From: an uncultured virus (IMG/VR IMGVR_UViG_3300029305_009617)
Lineage: Duplodnaviria; Heunggongvirae; Uroviricota; Caudoviricetes
Strand: one strand, 5' to 3'
IMG/VR virus record: IMGVR_UViG_3300029305_009617
Length of the DNA: 64,000 bases
Numbering within the stretch: the first letter of the stretch is position 1; the number at the start of each line of letters is the position of its first letter. Shown piece after piece: positions 28,544 through 40,297 of the stretch. A program made the position numbers and the translations under genes. The notes under the pieces were generated by a model. That model was not told where the DNA came from. It ran no database searches and worked only from the letters and a program-made list of their open reading frames with translations.

Positions 28544-31237
28544 ATGGAAACCCGAATAGAAGCGTATGATTTTTCAAAACGAGCATTAACTGTAATTACG
28601 CAAAGTGAAGAACTTGCTAAGAGTTACAGCGCTATTGAAGTTGCAGAACTGCATCTTTTGTATTGCATGATTACGATAGAGTCTGGTGCGAGAACTACTT
28701 TAATAAATATGGGAATTAACCAGCGGCATTTATTGGATAAAACCAAAGGACTTCTTTCACAAGTGAAAAAGAAAAAGATTTCTTATAGCAAAAATGAACG
28801 ATTAAGAGCCAGTGATGAATTGTCTGAGGTTATTACAAGTTCTTTAGCGGAGCGTGCGTCAACGAATTCAAAAGTTGTTGATACGAGGCATCTTTTAATC
28901 TGCATGATTCGAATTCCGGATAAGGGAATGAGGGAGATTATAAGAGAATATGGAATTACTTTGGAACGTGTTTATAATGCAATTAATTTAGAAGAGGAAA
29001 AAAACAGGAAGAGTTCGCAAAGAGCTATCGCAGTACAAAAAAAATTAGAAGGACAGATAACTGATTGTAAAAATGATAGTGATTTGGAAAGTGATTTGGA
29101 AAGTGATGGTGTAAAGAGTGATGCATTATCTTTTTGCATTAATATGGTAGAAGAAGCGAAAAAACCAGGTAAAGAGCCTGTTATTGGACGAGATGCAGAA
29201 GTTAGGAACCTGATGTTAATTCTTTCAAGAAAAACAAAAAATAATCCTTGTTTAATAGGAGAACCAGGTGTTGGAAAAACGGCAGTGGTAGAAGGATTGG
29301 CACAAAGAATTGCCAAAGGAGATGTTCCGGATTCTCTGAAAAATAAGAAATTGCTATCCGTAGATTTAGGAGCAATGGTAGCAGGAGCTAAATATCGTGG
29401 TGAGTTTGAAGAACGTTTGCAGAAGCTGCTAAACAGTGTTAAAGAGGATAATGGTAATACATTATTATTTATTGATGAATTGCATAATATTGTTGGTGCC
29501 GGGGCGAGTGACGCAGGTACAATGGATGCTAGCAATATGTTAAAACCCATGCTCGCTAGAGGAGAACTCCATTGCATTGGGGCTACGACACTTGATGAGT
29601 ATAGAAAGTATATTGAAAAAGACCCAGCTTTAGAACGAAGATTTCAAACAATTCTGGTAAAGGAGCCTTCACAAGAAGATACAATATCTATATTGCGCGG
29701 GTTGAAAGAAAAATTTGAAATATTTCATGGTGTTAGAATCATGGATAGTGCCCTTGTAAGCGCAGTAAGGTTATCTTCCAGATATATTAATGATAGATAT
29801 CTTCCAGATAAGGCAATTGATTTGATTGATGAATCATGTGCATTAATCAAAAATGAAATAGACACTATGCCTGTAGAATTAGATGAACTGAATAGAAAAA
29901 TATTGCAGCTGGAAATGGAAGAGACGGTGTTAAAAAATGAGAATGACAAGACTAGCAGTGAAAGGTTAACTTCTTTGCAATCTGAATTGCAAAAAACAAG
30001 AGAACGCTATTATTCACGAAAGGCGCAGTGGGAATCAGAAAAAAATAATATTGAAGCAGTTTCAAAAACTCGTGCGGAGCTTGAAATCTTAAACGCAGCT
30101 ATTGAACAAGCGAAAGAAGAAAATGATATTGAAAAAATGGCGAATTTAACATATGTTGAATTGCCAAAACTGCAAAAACAGTTAGAAATAGAAGAAGAGA
30201 GTTTGGCTAATTCGGAAATTATGATTCACGAGAAAGTGACGGATGATGAGATTGCCCAAACTATTTCCAGATGGACAGGAATACCTCTTTCTAAACTGAA
30301 TGAAAGTGAAAGGGCAAAAACGTTGGGATTGTCCGAACACTTGCATAAACGTGTTATTGGTCAGGAGGAAGCGGTAACTAAAATTGCACAATCAATTATT
30401 CGTTCAAGAGCGGGAATTAAAGACCCTAACAGGCCAATAGGTTCTTTTCTATTATTGGGGCCTAGTGGTGTTGGAAAAACAGAGCTTGCAAAAGCACTTG
30501 CTGAAAATTTATTTGATTCTGAAAAAAACCTGATTCGTATTGATATGACTGAATATATGGAGAAACATTCTGTTTCTAGATTGATTGGCGCACCTCCAGG
30601 ATATGTTGGTTTTGATGAAGGTGGACAATTAACAGAAGCAGTTAGAAGGAATCCATATAGTGTGGTTCTTTTTGATGAAATAGAAAAAGCACATGCGGAT
30701 GTTACTAATATTCTCCTTCAAATTTTTGATGATGGGCACGTGACTGATTCTAAGGGAAAAAAAGTTGATTTTAAGAATACCGTATTAATTATGACATCAA
30801 ATTTAGGAGCTGAACACTTGTTAAATGGAATTGATGAAAATGGTGTTATATCTGAAGAAGCAGTTAATAAAGTTATGATGAAATTAAAAAAGTTTTTCCG
30901 GCCGGAATTGCTTAATCGCATTGATGAAACTCTGCTGTTTAAACCGCTTACGAAAGAAGATATGTCATCTATTGTTTACCTTATTATTGCTAATCTAAAT
31001 AAGCGATTAGAACAACAAAGGGTATCATTAGAATTTACACCAGCTGCTATAGAGGATGCTATTGAAAAAGGATATGACCCTATTTATGGGGCAAGACCAA
31101 TGAAGCGGTATATTCAGGACAAAGCAGAAACAGCTGTCGCAATCCTTTTATTGGAAAAGAAAATCACTTCAGGAAAAGTAATCATTGATATTGTTGAAGG
31201 CGATGTTGTTGCGTTTGAAAAAGACGAAAGTAAATAA
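28544..31237 (+). CDS. clpB: ClpB-like AAA+ chaperone
   Basis: Two AAA modules ([16 protein letters not shown]), M-domain coiled coil, [16 protein letters not shown]. Confidence 0.93.
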   Translation: METRIEAYDFSKRALTVITQSEELAKSYSAIEVAELHLLYCMITIESGARTTLINMGINQRHLLDKTKGLLSQVKKKKISYSKNERLRASDELSEVITSSLAERASTNSKVVDTRHLLICMIRIPDKGMREIIREYGITLERVYNAINLEEEKNRKSSQRAIAVQKKLEGQITDCKNDSDLESDLESDGVKSDALSFCINMVEEAKKPGKEPVIGRDAEVRNLMLILSRKTKNNPCLIGEPGVGKTAVVEGLAQRIAKGDVPDSLKNKKLLSVDLGAMVAGAKYRGEFEERLQKLLNSVKEDNGNTLLFIDELHNIVGAGASDAGTMDASNMLKPMLARGELHCIGATTLDEYRKYIEKDPALERRFQTILVKEPSQEDTISILRGLKEKFEIFHGVRIMDSALVSAVRLSSRYINDRYLPDKAIDLIDESCALIKNEIDTMPVELDELNRKILQLEMEETVLKNENDKTSSERLTSLQSELQKTRERYYSRKAQWESEKNNIEAVSKTRAELEILNAAIEQAKEENDIEKMANLTYVELPKLQKQLEIEEESLANSEIMIHEKVTDDEIAQTISRWTGIPLSKLNESERAKTLGLSEHLHKRVIGQEEAVTKIAQSIIRSRAGIKDPNRPIGSFLLLGPSGVGKTELAKALAENLFDSEKNLIRIDMTEYMEKHSVSRLIGAPPGYVGFDEGGQLTEAVRRNPYSVVLFDEIEKAHADVTNILLQIFDDGHVTDSKGKKVDFKNTVLIMTSNLGAEHLLNGIDENGVISEEAVNKVMMKLKKFFRPELLNRIDETLLFKPLTKEDMSSIVYLIIANLNKRLEQQRVSLEFTPAAIEDAIEKGYDPIYGARPMKRYIQDKAETAVAILLLEKKITSGKVIIDIVEGDVVAFEKDESK

Positions 31238-31341
31238 AAAGATATTTCTAATGAAAATATGATAATTTTTCAAATATTTTCGGAGCTTTTCAGGGTATGG
31301 ATATATAAACTGATGTGATATTGAAAATCTGGAGGTAACTG

Positions 31342-31602
31342 GTGGAAAAAGTAATAACAGAGTATAAAAGCGCTGGAAAATGCGAAATTGACCGTGCAGC
31401 AGTAATAAAGAGATGGACTCTGCTATGTAGAATTGCAAAAACGGCGCAAGGATATTTTCTTATAGAGTGCACACCAAAGGGAAAGGAGAAAGTAAAGGTT
31501 TCTATAAGTAAAGAGGATGCGGAATATTTGATAGATACATTGAGTTTGTCATATGTGCGACATCCTATTTTTGGCAATATGGGAACTTTCTTAAGAATAT
31601 AG
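31342..31602 (+). CDS. Hypothetical protein
   Basis: GGAGG RBS with GTG start. Confidence 0.55.
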   Translation: MEKVITEYKSAGKCEIDRAAVIKRWTLLCRIAKTAQGYFLIECTPKGKEKVKVSISKEDAEYLIDTLSLSYVRHPIFGNMGTFLRI

Positions 31603-31797
31603 ATGAAGTATCCTTTCGTAATATTTGAAAGAAGGAGAGTCGTACATTGTGTAATCAATAATAGAGGATGAATCAACCATAGAAGAACATCTTTTTACAG
31701 AAGAACAACAGCGGAAATGGGATAATTTTCTGCAATTATTATATACAAACAGTAGTCCCTATGAAGGGATGGGAACATAAAATTGGAGAAATAGGCA

Positions 31798-32007
31798 ATG
31801 ACAACAGCGAAAGTAATATATGCGATTTGGAATAAGAAGGAAGAAGTATTCGTGTTGTACTACACAAATTACCAGAAAATGCCACAGAAAGCATTTTTCA
31901 CTTCGCAGACGCTGGCAGAAGATGCTATAGATTGTCTGCATGACAATGAAGGTGTTAACCGGGATGATTTGGAGATTGTCCGGTTTAAGAAAAATCAAGA
32001 TGCATAA
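31798..32007 (+). CDS. Hypothetical protein
   Basis: GGAG RBS, co-oriented. Confidence 0.5.
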   Translation: MTTAKVIYAIWNKKEEVFVLYYTNYQKMPQKAFFTSQTLAEDAIDCLHDNEGVNRDDLEIVRFKKNQDA

Positions 32008-32030
32008 GAAAAAGAAAGGATACTTAATCT

Positions 32031-33661
32031 ATGAAAATGAAAATCTCAAGAAAAATCATGTCAATATTTGTCGCAGTAATTCTCTTTATTATCATTGGTG
32101 TTGGAATACTTGTAAGCAATACAAGCAAAAGTAATATTACGGCCGAAAAAGAAAGCCAGCTTCATGCAGCAGCTTATCTGTTTAAAACAGAATACGAAAC
32201 TGTATCAGAAGAAGAACTCTCAAAGACCATGACGGATTTTTATAAGGAAACCGATATTGATGTAACCATTTTTAAAGGGAAAAACGTATTCTCAGTACCA
32301 TCGATGGAGCTGTAGGTACGGATATGGACCCGGCAATTTTATCACATGTGCAAAATAATGAACATTACTTTGCAGAGAATGCAAATGTAAACGGACAACC
32401 GTACTTTGGCTACTATATTCCGATTATGGAAAATGGAAAGTATACCGGAGCTGCATTTACCGGTATTCCGCAGGCAGATACAAATGCAGTTATTGTTGCA
32501 ACTGTTGCAAAGACACTTGGCGGTATTGTGATAATCGGGGTATTTTCCCTTGTTGCAGCACTGTTTCTTATTTCGAACATCGTAAAGGGCATTGCTTATT
32601 TAAGCGTATATCTAAAAGCATTATTGAAGAATGACCTGACAGCAAAGGCCCATAAATATGTAAAAGTAAATGATGAAATGAAGGAGCTTTGTAATCTGTC
32701 GGCTGAATTTGGAGATAATTTATGCAAAGCCATTAATGGTATCAGGCACCTTGCCGGCGATGTTAATACGATTGCGGAAGAGTTTCGCAGCACAAGCGAA
32801 TTTACCGCCAGGTCAGCCGACCATATATCAAGGGCCGGCCAGGAGATAGCAGAAGGTTCTCAGGCGCAGGCTCAGGAAATTATGAATGCTACTGAAAAGA
32901 TGAAGGATATGGCTGATGGAATCGGCATTATTCATGATAACGTAGATGAGCTCCATGTGGTAACGGAATCCATGAATAATGCAAAAGACGTAGTTCAGAA
33001 TGCGCTTACTACCCTGCAGGATACAACAGACACAATTGCCGATGATGTTAAAACCATGAATGAACAGGCGAAAATTACATATGTCAGTGTCCAGACAGCT
33101 CAAAAGGCATTAGAAGTTATTAACAGCATTGCATCTCAGACAAATTTACTTTCTCTGAATGCATCGATTGAATCCGCACGTGCCGGGGAGGCGGGTAAAG
33201 GATTTGCTGTGGTAGCAACAGAGATACGCCAGCTATCAGAAATGTCTTCAGCCGCAGCAGATGAAATAAAGAAGATTTTAAGTGAATTAGGTATTAACTA
33301 TGATACCATTCTTCAGATTATGGATATGACAAATAAGAATGTAGAAATACAGAATGAAAAGATTAATGAAACGCAGAATGCATTTAGACAGCTGGAAAAC
33401 GATATTAATACAACCGTAAAGGATGTGGAAAATATTACCGGCAGGGTAGGCGCCCTTGATGAGGATAACCGTTCTATGCTCGATATCATTTCCAATGTGT
33501 CGGCTGTCAGTCAGGAAAACTCTGCTGCTACACAGGAGACATCGGCAAATATACTTGTTCTTACGGATAAGATTGAGGAGATTCACGAAAAAACTCAGGT
33601 TCTCCATGAACATGCAGAAGGACTCATGCGTGAAATTAATGCATTTAAGACAGAGGGATAA
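32031..33661 (+). pseudogene. Methyl-accepting chemotaxis protein, split by a 1-nt frameshift at ~32280-32284
   Basis: TM-Cache-TM then [27 protein letters not shown]. One extra A in the A5 run joins the two ORFs ([21 protein letters not shown]). Confidence 0.85.
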
Positions 33662-33665
33662 CTAT

Positions 33666-34082
33666 ATGATTCAAAGAATATTGTTTTGGTTAGCAGTTAT
33701 ATTCATGCTGACAATGATAAGAAAGTCTGCATACATACTATGGCTGGCGCTGGAAAGAACAACTCATGCGCCGATGCATTATGTTGTGGATGAAGAAATT
33801 TTATTTGCGCATGAATATGTGAATAGGTCCGTATCGGTAAAAGCAGAGTATATTTTTGCTTTTTTGATAAAAACGGGGTTATCATTTACTCCTTTGATTT
33901 TTATAAAAAACGAATATATGACGCAGATATACACTATATTCTTAGTTTCTTTGATAATAGCCTTTGTCTGTCTTGTTTCTTACCTTGTCGATGCGGCTGC
34001 TTCTAATTATGAACTGCACATTTATCAGAAAGGGTTAAGACTAGCATGGATAGAGAAGGGGAAACCGAGTAAGGAGGATTAG
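33666..34082 (+). CDS. Membrane protein (MIQRILFW...)
   Basis: Three TM segments in the 3' part of ORF 33456-34082. Confidence 0.55.
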   Translation: MIQRILFWLAVIFMLTMIRKSAYILWLALERTTHAPMHYVVDEEILFAHEYVNRSVSVKAEYIFAFLIKTGLSFTPLIFIKNEYMTQIYTIFLVSLIIAFVCLVSYLVDAAASNYELHIYQKGLRLAWIEKGKPSKED

Positions 34083-34084
34083 TT

Positions 34085-34801
34085 ATGAACAAAAGATATG
34101 TATTTATTATATTGTTGACAGTATTAGTACCCACACTTTTAACAGGATGTTCACAGCCGGAAGAGATACGTCAGAGTATGCATTCCGTACAAGTCGGAAA
34201 TATTGACGAAGCAGCTGGTTAAAATAAATCGGATGTAATGGATGATAACTGTACAGAAAATGGCGTTTTAGAAAAATCAGACTATATTGATATAGCAACA
34301 GAACATACACATGTATTAGCTCTCAGCCAGCTGAATCAGAAAGAACATCTTATCAGCTGTACGGAGGCGGAATGTTTATATGTGGCAAGCGAACCGCATA
34401 GCGATACAGGAAATGGTTACTGCAGTTGTGGTTATGAAGTATCTTTAATAGCGCAGGACAAGCGTTCAGATGGAGTTGATGAAGCAAATATGGATAGTGA
34501 AAAATCAGATTTGTCAGTGACTCAAAATATGCCTCCTGCGATAATTCCAGAATCAGAAAACGTACCAAGCGAAAATAACGCTATCGCTGATACCGGTATC
34601 AAAGAGGAATCTGGAACCGACGGTGAATTAGGGTATTATCAGGACCGTGATGATTTTGAAGCCCTTAGAGATAGTTCAGAATCTGAAGGTGATGGAGAAT
34701 GGGAATATTACCAGGGAAGAGATGATTTTGAATCTCATAGAGAAACATTCAATGATTCAAGCGTCGATTCATTAATAGAAGATGTGGACTGTCTTAGGTA
34801 A
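34085..34801 (+). pseudogene. Lipoprotein interrupted by an in-frame TAA at 34220
   Basis: AGGAGG RBS, signal peptide with LTGC lipobox, in frame with ORF 34238-34801. Confidence 0.6.
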
Positions 34802-34856
34802 AACAGATATATAAAGAGTGGTTTAATTATAAAACTCTCTAAATTGGGGAATATGG

Positions 34857-35060
34857 ATGGCAATAACAAAGAAAATAACTACAAAAAGAAAAGAATGTGT
34901 ACATGAATTTATTGAATCGGAACAGACTCTTCGGTGCTGTATATGCGGTAAATATACACAGCTGATAGAGATTCACTATCAGGCACCGTTTTGCGGAGAT
35001 AAACATGTAGATGTAATGGACAGATCCAGTCTGACCGTTCCAATGGGAAAGGTAAAATGA
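34857..35060 (+). CDS. Small Cys-containing hypothetical protein
   Basis: CCICG motif; overlaps the next gene. Confidence 0.45.
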   Translation: MAITKKITTKRKECVHEFIESEQTLRCCICGKYTQLIEIHYQAPFCGDKHVDVMDRSSLTVPMGKVK

Positions 35061-35602
35061 ACAGAAAAGAGACGACGGAATTTTTGAGTCAATTGCTTAT
35101 ATCTGAACGATTGGCAGGTCGGGGAAAATATTACGCAAAAGAAGTAAGTATTGATTATGGTACTGTAAACGTAAAGCGAGTAGATTTTATGCAGTTTGAA
35201 CCGGCGGGCGTTGTTTGTCAGAGTGATATTGAAAAAGGCATTTTTACTTGTTATGAAGTCAAGAGCTGTAAGGAAGATGTTTACAGTGGAAACGGACTTA
35301 ATTTTATCGGTGAAAAAAACTATATTGTAACAACCATGAGCTGCTACAAGGATATTCAGGAAGATATGAGAAGCGGGAAACTATGGAAGCACATTAGGGA
35401 GTGTTGTCCCGAATCCTCTGCCAACTTTGGAGTTATTATCCCAGTTCCGGACGGGGTGGAACTGGCGGATGAATATGAAAATCCAACCCATTTAAGCAAG
35501 GATATTAAGTGGAAAATGCAGGTAATCTTCTCATGCAGACAAGGAAGCCGCAAGCGGTCAATGACGGAGCTGTTGTTTTATATGCTGCGTTCTGGACATT
35601 AA
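35057..35602 (+). CDS. PD-(D/E)XK-like nuclease fold protein (MmcB-like)
   Basis: KEV..RVDFM..CYEVKSCKED. Confidence 0.6.
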   Translation: MNRKETTEFLSQLLISERLAGRGKYYAKEVSIDYGTVNVKRVDFMQFEPAGVVCQSDIEKGIFTCYEVKSCKEDVYSGNGLNFIGEKNYIVTTMSCYKDIQEDMRSGKLWKHIRECCPESSANFGVIIPVPDGVELADEYENPTHLSKDIKWKMQVIFSCRQGSRKRSMTELLFYMLRSGH

Positions 35603-35627
35603 GAAATCTGATTTTAGGAGGTATAAA

Positions 35628-36233
35628 ATGAACAACAACTGCCATTGTATTTGCAGAGAATGCATTCAAAACCACGAAAACGGCGGAGGCTGTTATATGT
35701 GCAAAAGTTGTACGGGAGCAAGAAATGTATGTATTGATAAAAGACATGTGGAAGCATACAAAATACCCGACAAATTATTTCACCCGCAGGCACATATTTT
35801 TTTCGACATTGATGGTGTTCTATCAGAACATCGCTATAAAGATTGTGTCTTTGGCAACGGGTCTGATCATTATTTACCGATGGAAACGTATTTATTTGGC
35901 AGGGTATTTTCTTCTAACAGACCCATATGTGCGATGCAGAAACTCATTGAAGCATTGAATCAGGAACATGTATATGTTTTAGGACACATGGTATGCAATC
36001 AGGAGCTGGAAGAAAAACAGTATTGGCTTGCTAATAACTTTCCAGTTATTCAAAGAGAACATTGTTTTTTCATTGCTGAAGGAAGAAAAAAATCAGATTT
36101 TTTAGAGGCATGGGCACATTATCATGATATAAAACACGAAGACATTGTTATTATCGATGATAAGCATGTGATTCTTCATCATTGTGAAGAAAAAGGATTT
36201 ACTGCGTATCATCCATCATCACTTATTATGTAA
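35628..36233 (+). CDS. HAD-superfamily hydrolase
   Basis: FFDIDGVL and IIDD motifs. Confidence 0.7.
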   Translation: MNNNCHCICRECIQNHENGGGCYMCKSCTGARNVCIDKRHVEAYKIPDKLFHPQAHIFFDIDGVLSEHRYKDCVFGNGSDHYLPMETYLFGRVFSSNRPICAMQKLIEALNQEHVYVLGHMVCNQELEEKQYWLANNFPVIQREHCFFIAEGRKKSDFLEAWAHYHDIKHEDIVIIDDKHVILHHCEEKGFTAYHPSSLIM

Positions 36234-36264
36234 TAAATATTTGAGGTTCTAAGGAAAATATATT

Positions 36265-36591
36265 ATGACATTCGGACAATATATTAAACAAGCAAGAATG
36301 GGCATGCAGCTTACACAAAGAGAACTTGCATCCAGAATAGGTATTGACTTTACATATATAAGCAAACTGGAAAATGGTAAAAATGCTGCTTTGTCAGAAG
36401 ATAAAATAATAAAGATGTCTCAGGTATTGAATCTGGATACAGTTGAAGTTCTTCTTGCAGCAGGGCAGATATCATCATGGTTTGCCGAACTTATTCAAAG
36501 TGAACCTCTGGCATATAAATTTCTTCTGCGCTACAAACATCTTTCAGATGAACAGAAAGATGAAATACGAAAGATAATAGCAGAAAAATAG
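36265..36591 (+). CDS. XRE-family HTH regulator
   Basis: LTQRELASRIGIDFTYISKLENG. Confidence 0.85.
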   Translation: MTFGQYIKQARMGMQLTQRELASRIGIDFTYISKLENGKNAALSEDKIIKMSQVLNLDTVEVLLAAGQISSWFAELIQSEPLAYKFLLRYKHLSDEQKDEIRKIIAEK

Positions 36592-36627
36592 CCAGTTAAA
36601 TTAACCATAATTGGAAGGAAAACAGAA

Positions 36628-36963
36628 ATGCTAGTATTACCAATCAAGAAGAAATGGTTTGATATGATTCTTTCCGGCGAAAAGAAAGAAGAATATCGGG
36701 AAATAAAGCCATATTATACATCCAGATTTTTAAAGGTATTTAATATGGTTGATGGAGTCCCCTCGGATTCAAAAGAAGTACAGATAGCGTTTACAAATGG
36801 ATATGGGAATAAGGTACCAGCATTCATTGCAAATTGTCATTTAGAAATGCATGAAGGCAGTGAAGAATGGGGAGCAGAAAAGGATATCGTTTACTACGTA
36901 CTTCATGTAAGCCAGATTACATGGAAAAGTATGGATGGTCTGGGCGGTTATATAACGGCTTAG
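36628..36963 (+). CDS. ASCH-domain protein
   Basis: LPIKKKWFDMILSGEKKEEYRE. Confidence 0.8.
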   Translation: MLVLPIKKKWFDMILSGEKKEEYREIKPYYTSRFLKVFNMVDGVPSDSKEVQIAFTNGYGNKVPAFIANCHLEMHEGSEEWGAEKDIVYYVLHVSQITWKSMDGLGGYITA

Positions 36964-36987
36964 ACTGATTGTTAGGAGAGTAAAATA

Positions 36988-37464
36988 ATGATTAAATTTA
37001 GGAAATTAGATAAATATGAGGCTACTGCTTTAAGAGATTTATATTTTCAAGAAGAGGGTCTCCAGATGAATCTTATGCAGACTCGGCATTATGAAGAAAG
37101 AGTCAGAAAAATATATGGAGAGATGTTGAGTAGAGGTTCCTATATTTATGGATGTTTTGATACAGAAACCAAAAAGTTGATAGCATCTATAACAGTAAAC
37201 AAGTGCTTGGATTGTTACCCAAACTACACAGATAATCCTTACGTGCATCTAGAAACATTTATTGTTCATAAAGAATATCAGAATAAAGGTATAGGAACTC
37301 AACTTCTAAATCATGTATTGGAAGTAATTAAGGAAGAAGGATGTACTTATGTAATTATACAATCTAATAACCCAGCCGCACAACATATAGCAAGAAAAGT
37401 AGGCTTAATAAATTCATTGGCTGATATGAGAATTGATTTTGTAAAATCGTCAAATAATGATTGA
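36988..37464 (+). CDS. GNAT acetyltransferase
   Basis: VHKEYQNKGIGTQLL acetyl-CoA motif. Confidence 0.85.
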   Translation: MIKFRKLDKYEATALRDLYFQEEGLQMNLMQTRHYEERVRKIYGEMLSRGSYIYGCFDTETKKLIASITVNKCLDCYPNYTDNPYVHLETFIVHKEYQNKGIGTQLLNHVLEVIKEEGCTYVIIQSNNPAAQHIARKVGLINSLADMRIDFVKSSNND

Positions 37465-37500
37465 TTAGTTATTTGAACTGATTGTTAGGAGACTAAGCAA

Positions 37501-37653
37501 ATGGAAATGTATAGAGATGGTGTAGAAGTATTAATTTTGCCAGATTCAGTAATGTGCATGGCAGATGATGAATTAAGAAATCCGCAAGAGATTACATTAT
37601 GTCCACTGGGAAACTTTGAATGCAGTGGAGATTGTGAATATTATGCGGAATAG
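37501..37653 (+). CDS. Small Cys-rich protein (50 aa, not in the ORF track)
   Basis: AGGAG RBS; MEMYRDG...CPLGNFECSGDCEYYAE. Confidence 0.55.
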   Translation: MEMYRDGVEVLILPDSVMCMADDELRNPQEITLCPLGNFECSGDCEYYAE

Positions 37654-37678
37654 GGCTGAAGGTTAGGAGAGTAAAAGA

Positions 37679-37924
37679 ATGGAAGAACTATTAAGAATAA
37701 TTAAATACATAAAATCTTGCAGAGAGTCAAATATAGATTGCACTGTGACAATAGACAAAAGTAAGACACATTTAATTTTAAATGCTTTAACAAAGCATAT
37801 TCCACAAAAAGTTATTGGTGATTGTTGTCCGATATGTGGTACGGATGAAAAATATGATAATGATGTGTCAGTTAAATATTGTCCTAACTGTGGACAGAGA
37901 TTAGATTGGGGAAGAAAACTTTAG
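37679..37924 (+). CDS. Zn-ribbon phage-type protein
   Basis: CPICG...YCPNCGQRLDW. Confidence 0.7.
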   Translation: MEELLRIIKYIKSCRESNIDCTVTIDKSKTHLILNALTKHIPQKVIGDCCPICGTDEKYDNDVSVKYCPNCGQRLDWGRKL

Positions 37925-37943
37925 TGAAGAAAGGATATGAAAA

Positions 37944-38297
37944 ATGAAAAGAAAAATTTTAGCAATTGTAGTATTGGTAATCGTAATTTTAGGAATTGAA
38001 GCATTGTTTAGTTTTAATGACACTAATTACACCGTAACAATTACTGATAAGGAAAGAATTGTAGAACATTCAGGCGATTCTATTAGTTCAAAATATTTAG
38101 TATTTGCTGATGGAGAGAATGGCGAAAGTTACGTGCTTGAAAATACAGATTGCTTTATTCGTGGCAAATGGAACAGTTCAAATATTCAAGGACAGTTAAA
38201 AGAGGGAAATACATACACAGTTACAGTTGTTGGATATAGAGTTCCATTCCTTAGTATGTATCAGAATATTATCAAAGTAGAGAAAACTGATTTTTAG
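37944..38297 (+). CDS. Membrane-anchored protein (DUF1523-like)
   Basis: N-terminal TM; GYRVPFLSMYQNII. Confidence 0.6.
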   Translation: MKRKILAIVVLVIVILGIEALFSFNDTNYTVTITDKERIVEHSGDSISSKYLVFADGENGESYVLENTDCFIRGKWNSSNIQGQLKEGNTYTVTVVGYRVPFLSMYQNIIKVEKTDF

Positions 38298-38507
38298 AAA
38301 GGAAAGTAGATATGGAAAGAACATTAGAAGACATTCAATATATGTTGGCTTGTCTGTATATTTGGTATGACGGTGTTGGAAAGAGAAGCATATTGCGGTC
38401 CTGATTATAAGGATGTAATCCATAAATGGATTTATTCACATAAAGATACGGCAGATATTCAGGAATTAATTATTAGAGAAGGTAGAGAAGAGTAGGGAGG
38501 AACTAGT

Positions 38508-38954
38508 ATGAAAAAAGAACATATGATACATATTCGTGTGAATAAGGAAGAAAAAGAGGAGTCTAGTGAAATTTTGGAAGAACTGGGAACTAATCTGTCC
38601 GCCGTTATTAATATGTTAATCAAGTATATTATCCTATATAGAGGTATTCCTTTTGAGGTAGTATTGCCTCCTGTAGATACGCAGGTAGAAGAAAAGAAAG
38701 AGGATTTAGTGAAAGAACATATATTGGAATCAGAAGTTGTATTAGGGAATGGAACAGACATACAAGAAACAGCAGATTATCCAGCAGGTGTTGTTGAGGG
38801 ACAAGTGCCGTTGGATAATGATGTTTTTGATACTTCTGATCTCGATTTAATGAGGGAAGTACTGGGTATTACATTGGAACAAGAAATTGAACATACTACA
38901 AAGAATATCTCAAATCCTGATAATCTTGACTTATTAGGAATGCTAGATGATTAG
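38508..38954 (+). CDS. RelB/DinJ-like antitoxin domain protein
   Basis: IHIRV..EILEELGTNLSAVINM..RGIPFEV. Confidence 0.7.
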   Translation: MKKEHMIHIRVNKEEKEESSEILEELGTNLSAVINMLIKYIILYRGIPFEVVLPPVDTQVEEKKEDLVKEHILESEVVLGNGTDIQETADYPAGVVEGQVPLDNDVFDTSDLDLMREVLGITLEQEIEHTTKNISNPDNLDLLGMLDD

Positions 38955-39333
38955 GATATCAAGCGGGAATATCATATGCTTGGAAGAGATGAAGCATGTA
39001 CAAATTATTAGTTGGTTATATCTGATAATACTTACTATTCATATTTAAAAGCAATCGATTTTTTAACAAAGAAAACCTAATATCTCAAATGGCCAATGTC
39101 ATTAAGTTAAACTAAAATCACGCCCTTCTCTTTTTCTGAAAATGAAAAGGAAGGGGTGTTTTTGAAGAGACGGAAAGGGAAATTTTAATATGAATAAATT
39201 AATTTTTCTGATTGGGAAATGTGTTATTAGATAGTTATTATAATAAATATAATATATTTGATGAGAGAAAAGATATTACATTAGAATTAAATCCTCAAAA
39301 TGCAAAAAGTTCATAGATTAGTGAAGGGATAAT

Positions 39334-40032
39334 ATGGAGAATTTAAATATTAAAGTTAATAGAAATATTCCAGAAGATGTACTGAATATGAAATTGAAAG
39401 AAATGTTTTGTAAGCATGTCATTAGACGTAATCCAGACGGTACGAAGAATAAAGCAGGTAAATTGTACATAGAATCCGTAAAACTGGGCTATAACGTATG
39501 TGAATGGGGAACTCACAGTGGACACCCTAGTAATATTTCATACCATATTGGCAAAATCACAAAGATGGAGAAAGATAGTTACAATCATGCTGTGAGAATC
39601 GTTATATGTAAATATGATTTTTGCGATACGCCAATTGTTTGGGTTGATAATTTACATTCAGCTATTAAGTACATTAGGGAATATGGTAAAAATGTTAAAT
39701 TAAGAGATATACCATTCTATGTAGTGGATATATCTGATTATGAGCATCCGTCTATTAATGGGTATAATGGCTCTTTAAGAGAAAAGCATGAAGATATTTT
39801 AGGAGCTGTATCTTGTGCTTACAAGAGATTTAGACGCTCCAATTCAAAGGAATTAATTGAGATAAGGTATACTTTATGTGATTTCTTATATGACAATCCT
39901 GAGTTATATACTACTATGAACCCACATTTAGAGCTGATTAATGAATCTGATGATGCCGATACAATTTTGGCTAAGAGTCAGGCATTTAATTCCTTGTGGA
40001 ATTGCGAAGAGTATTTGTATGAGCGAAGATAA
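39334..40032 (+). CDS. Hypothetical protein
   Basis: 232-aa ORF. Confidence 0.6.
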   Translation: MENLNIKVNRNIPEDVLNMKLKEMFCKHVIRRNPDGTKNKAGKLYIESVKLGYNVCEWGTHSGHPSNISYHIGKITKMEKDSYNHAVRIVICKYDFCDTPIVWVDNLHSAIKYIREYGKNVKLRDIPFYVVDISDYEHPSINGYNGSLREKHEDILGAVSCAYKRFRRSNSKELIEIRYTLCDFLYDNPELYTTMNPHLELINESDDADTILAKSQAFNSLWNCEEYLYERR

Positions 40033-40117
40033 AAACAGAAAAAACCGTCATTTCGTCCCAAAGCGCGTATTATTGAGGTTACTGATGGTTATTGATAAGG
40101 AAAGATATAGATTTTAA

Positions 40118-40297
40118 TTGCTAATATACATAAAGTATATTATAATAACTATATTGTTATTTTTTATTAGTTTTTCTTTCGTTAAAGTCCATGATGAATG
40201 GTTCATTGACGGAAAAACTTTGTCAAAGCATATAATTTAAAGATCGCTTACGGCGGTCTTTTTTTTATGCAAATTTTTAAGAAAAGGAGGTAGTGGT
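40118..40297 (+). promoter_or_regulatory. SigA-type promoter, structured leader and terminator (copy 1)
   Basis: TTGCTA-N17-TATAAT, long hairpin 40169-40219, terminator AAGATCGC-ttacg-GCGGTCTT-T6. Confidence 0.75.

Larger units (their letters stand above)
36965..38297 (+). repeat. Gene-junction site CTGA-NNN-TTAG, four copies plus one variant
   Basis: 36965-36975, 37478-37488, 37656-37666, 38287-38297; variant GAAAACTTTAG at 37914-37924. Confidence 0.7.

Noticed and set aside
28972..29577. Long antisense ORFs inside clpB and other large genes (also 1286-1636, 56131-56664)
   Set aside because: Shadow frames of well-supported genes, with no RBS or motifs.
15411..32284. Programmed frameshifting in parM and the MCP gene
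   Set aside because: Both are single missing A residues in short A runs with no clear stimulatory structure; homopolymer error or mutation is simpler. Needs a read check.
34220..34222. Stop-codon recoding suggested by an in-frame TAA in the lipoprotein gene
   Set aside because: TAA ends many intact genes in the window; an isolated nonsense change is more likely.
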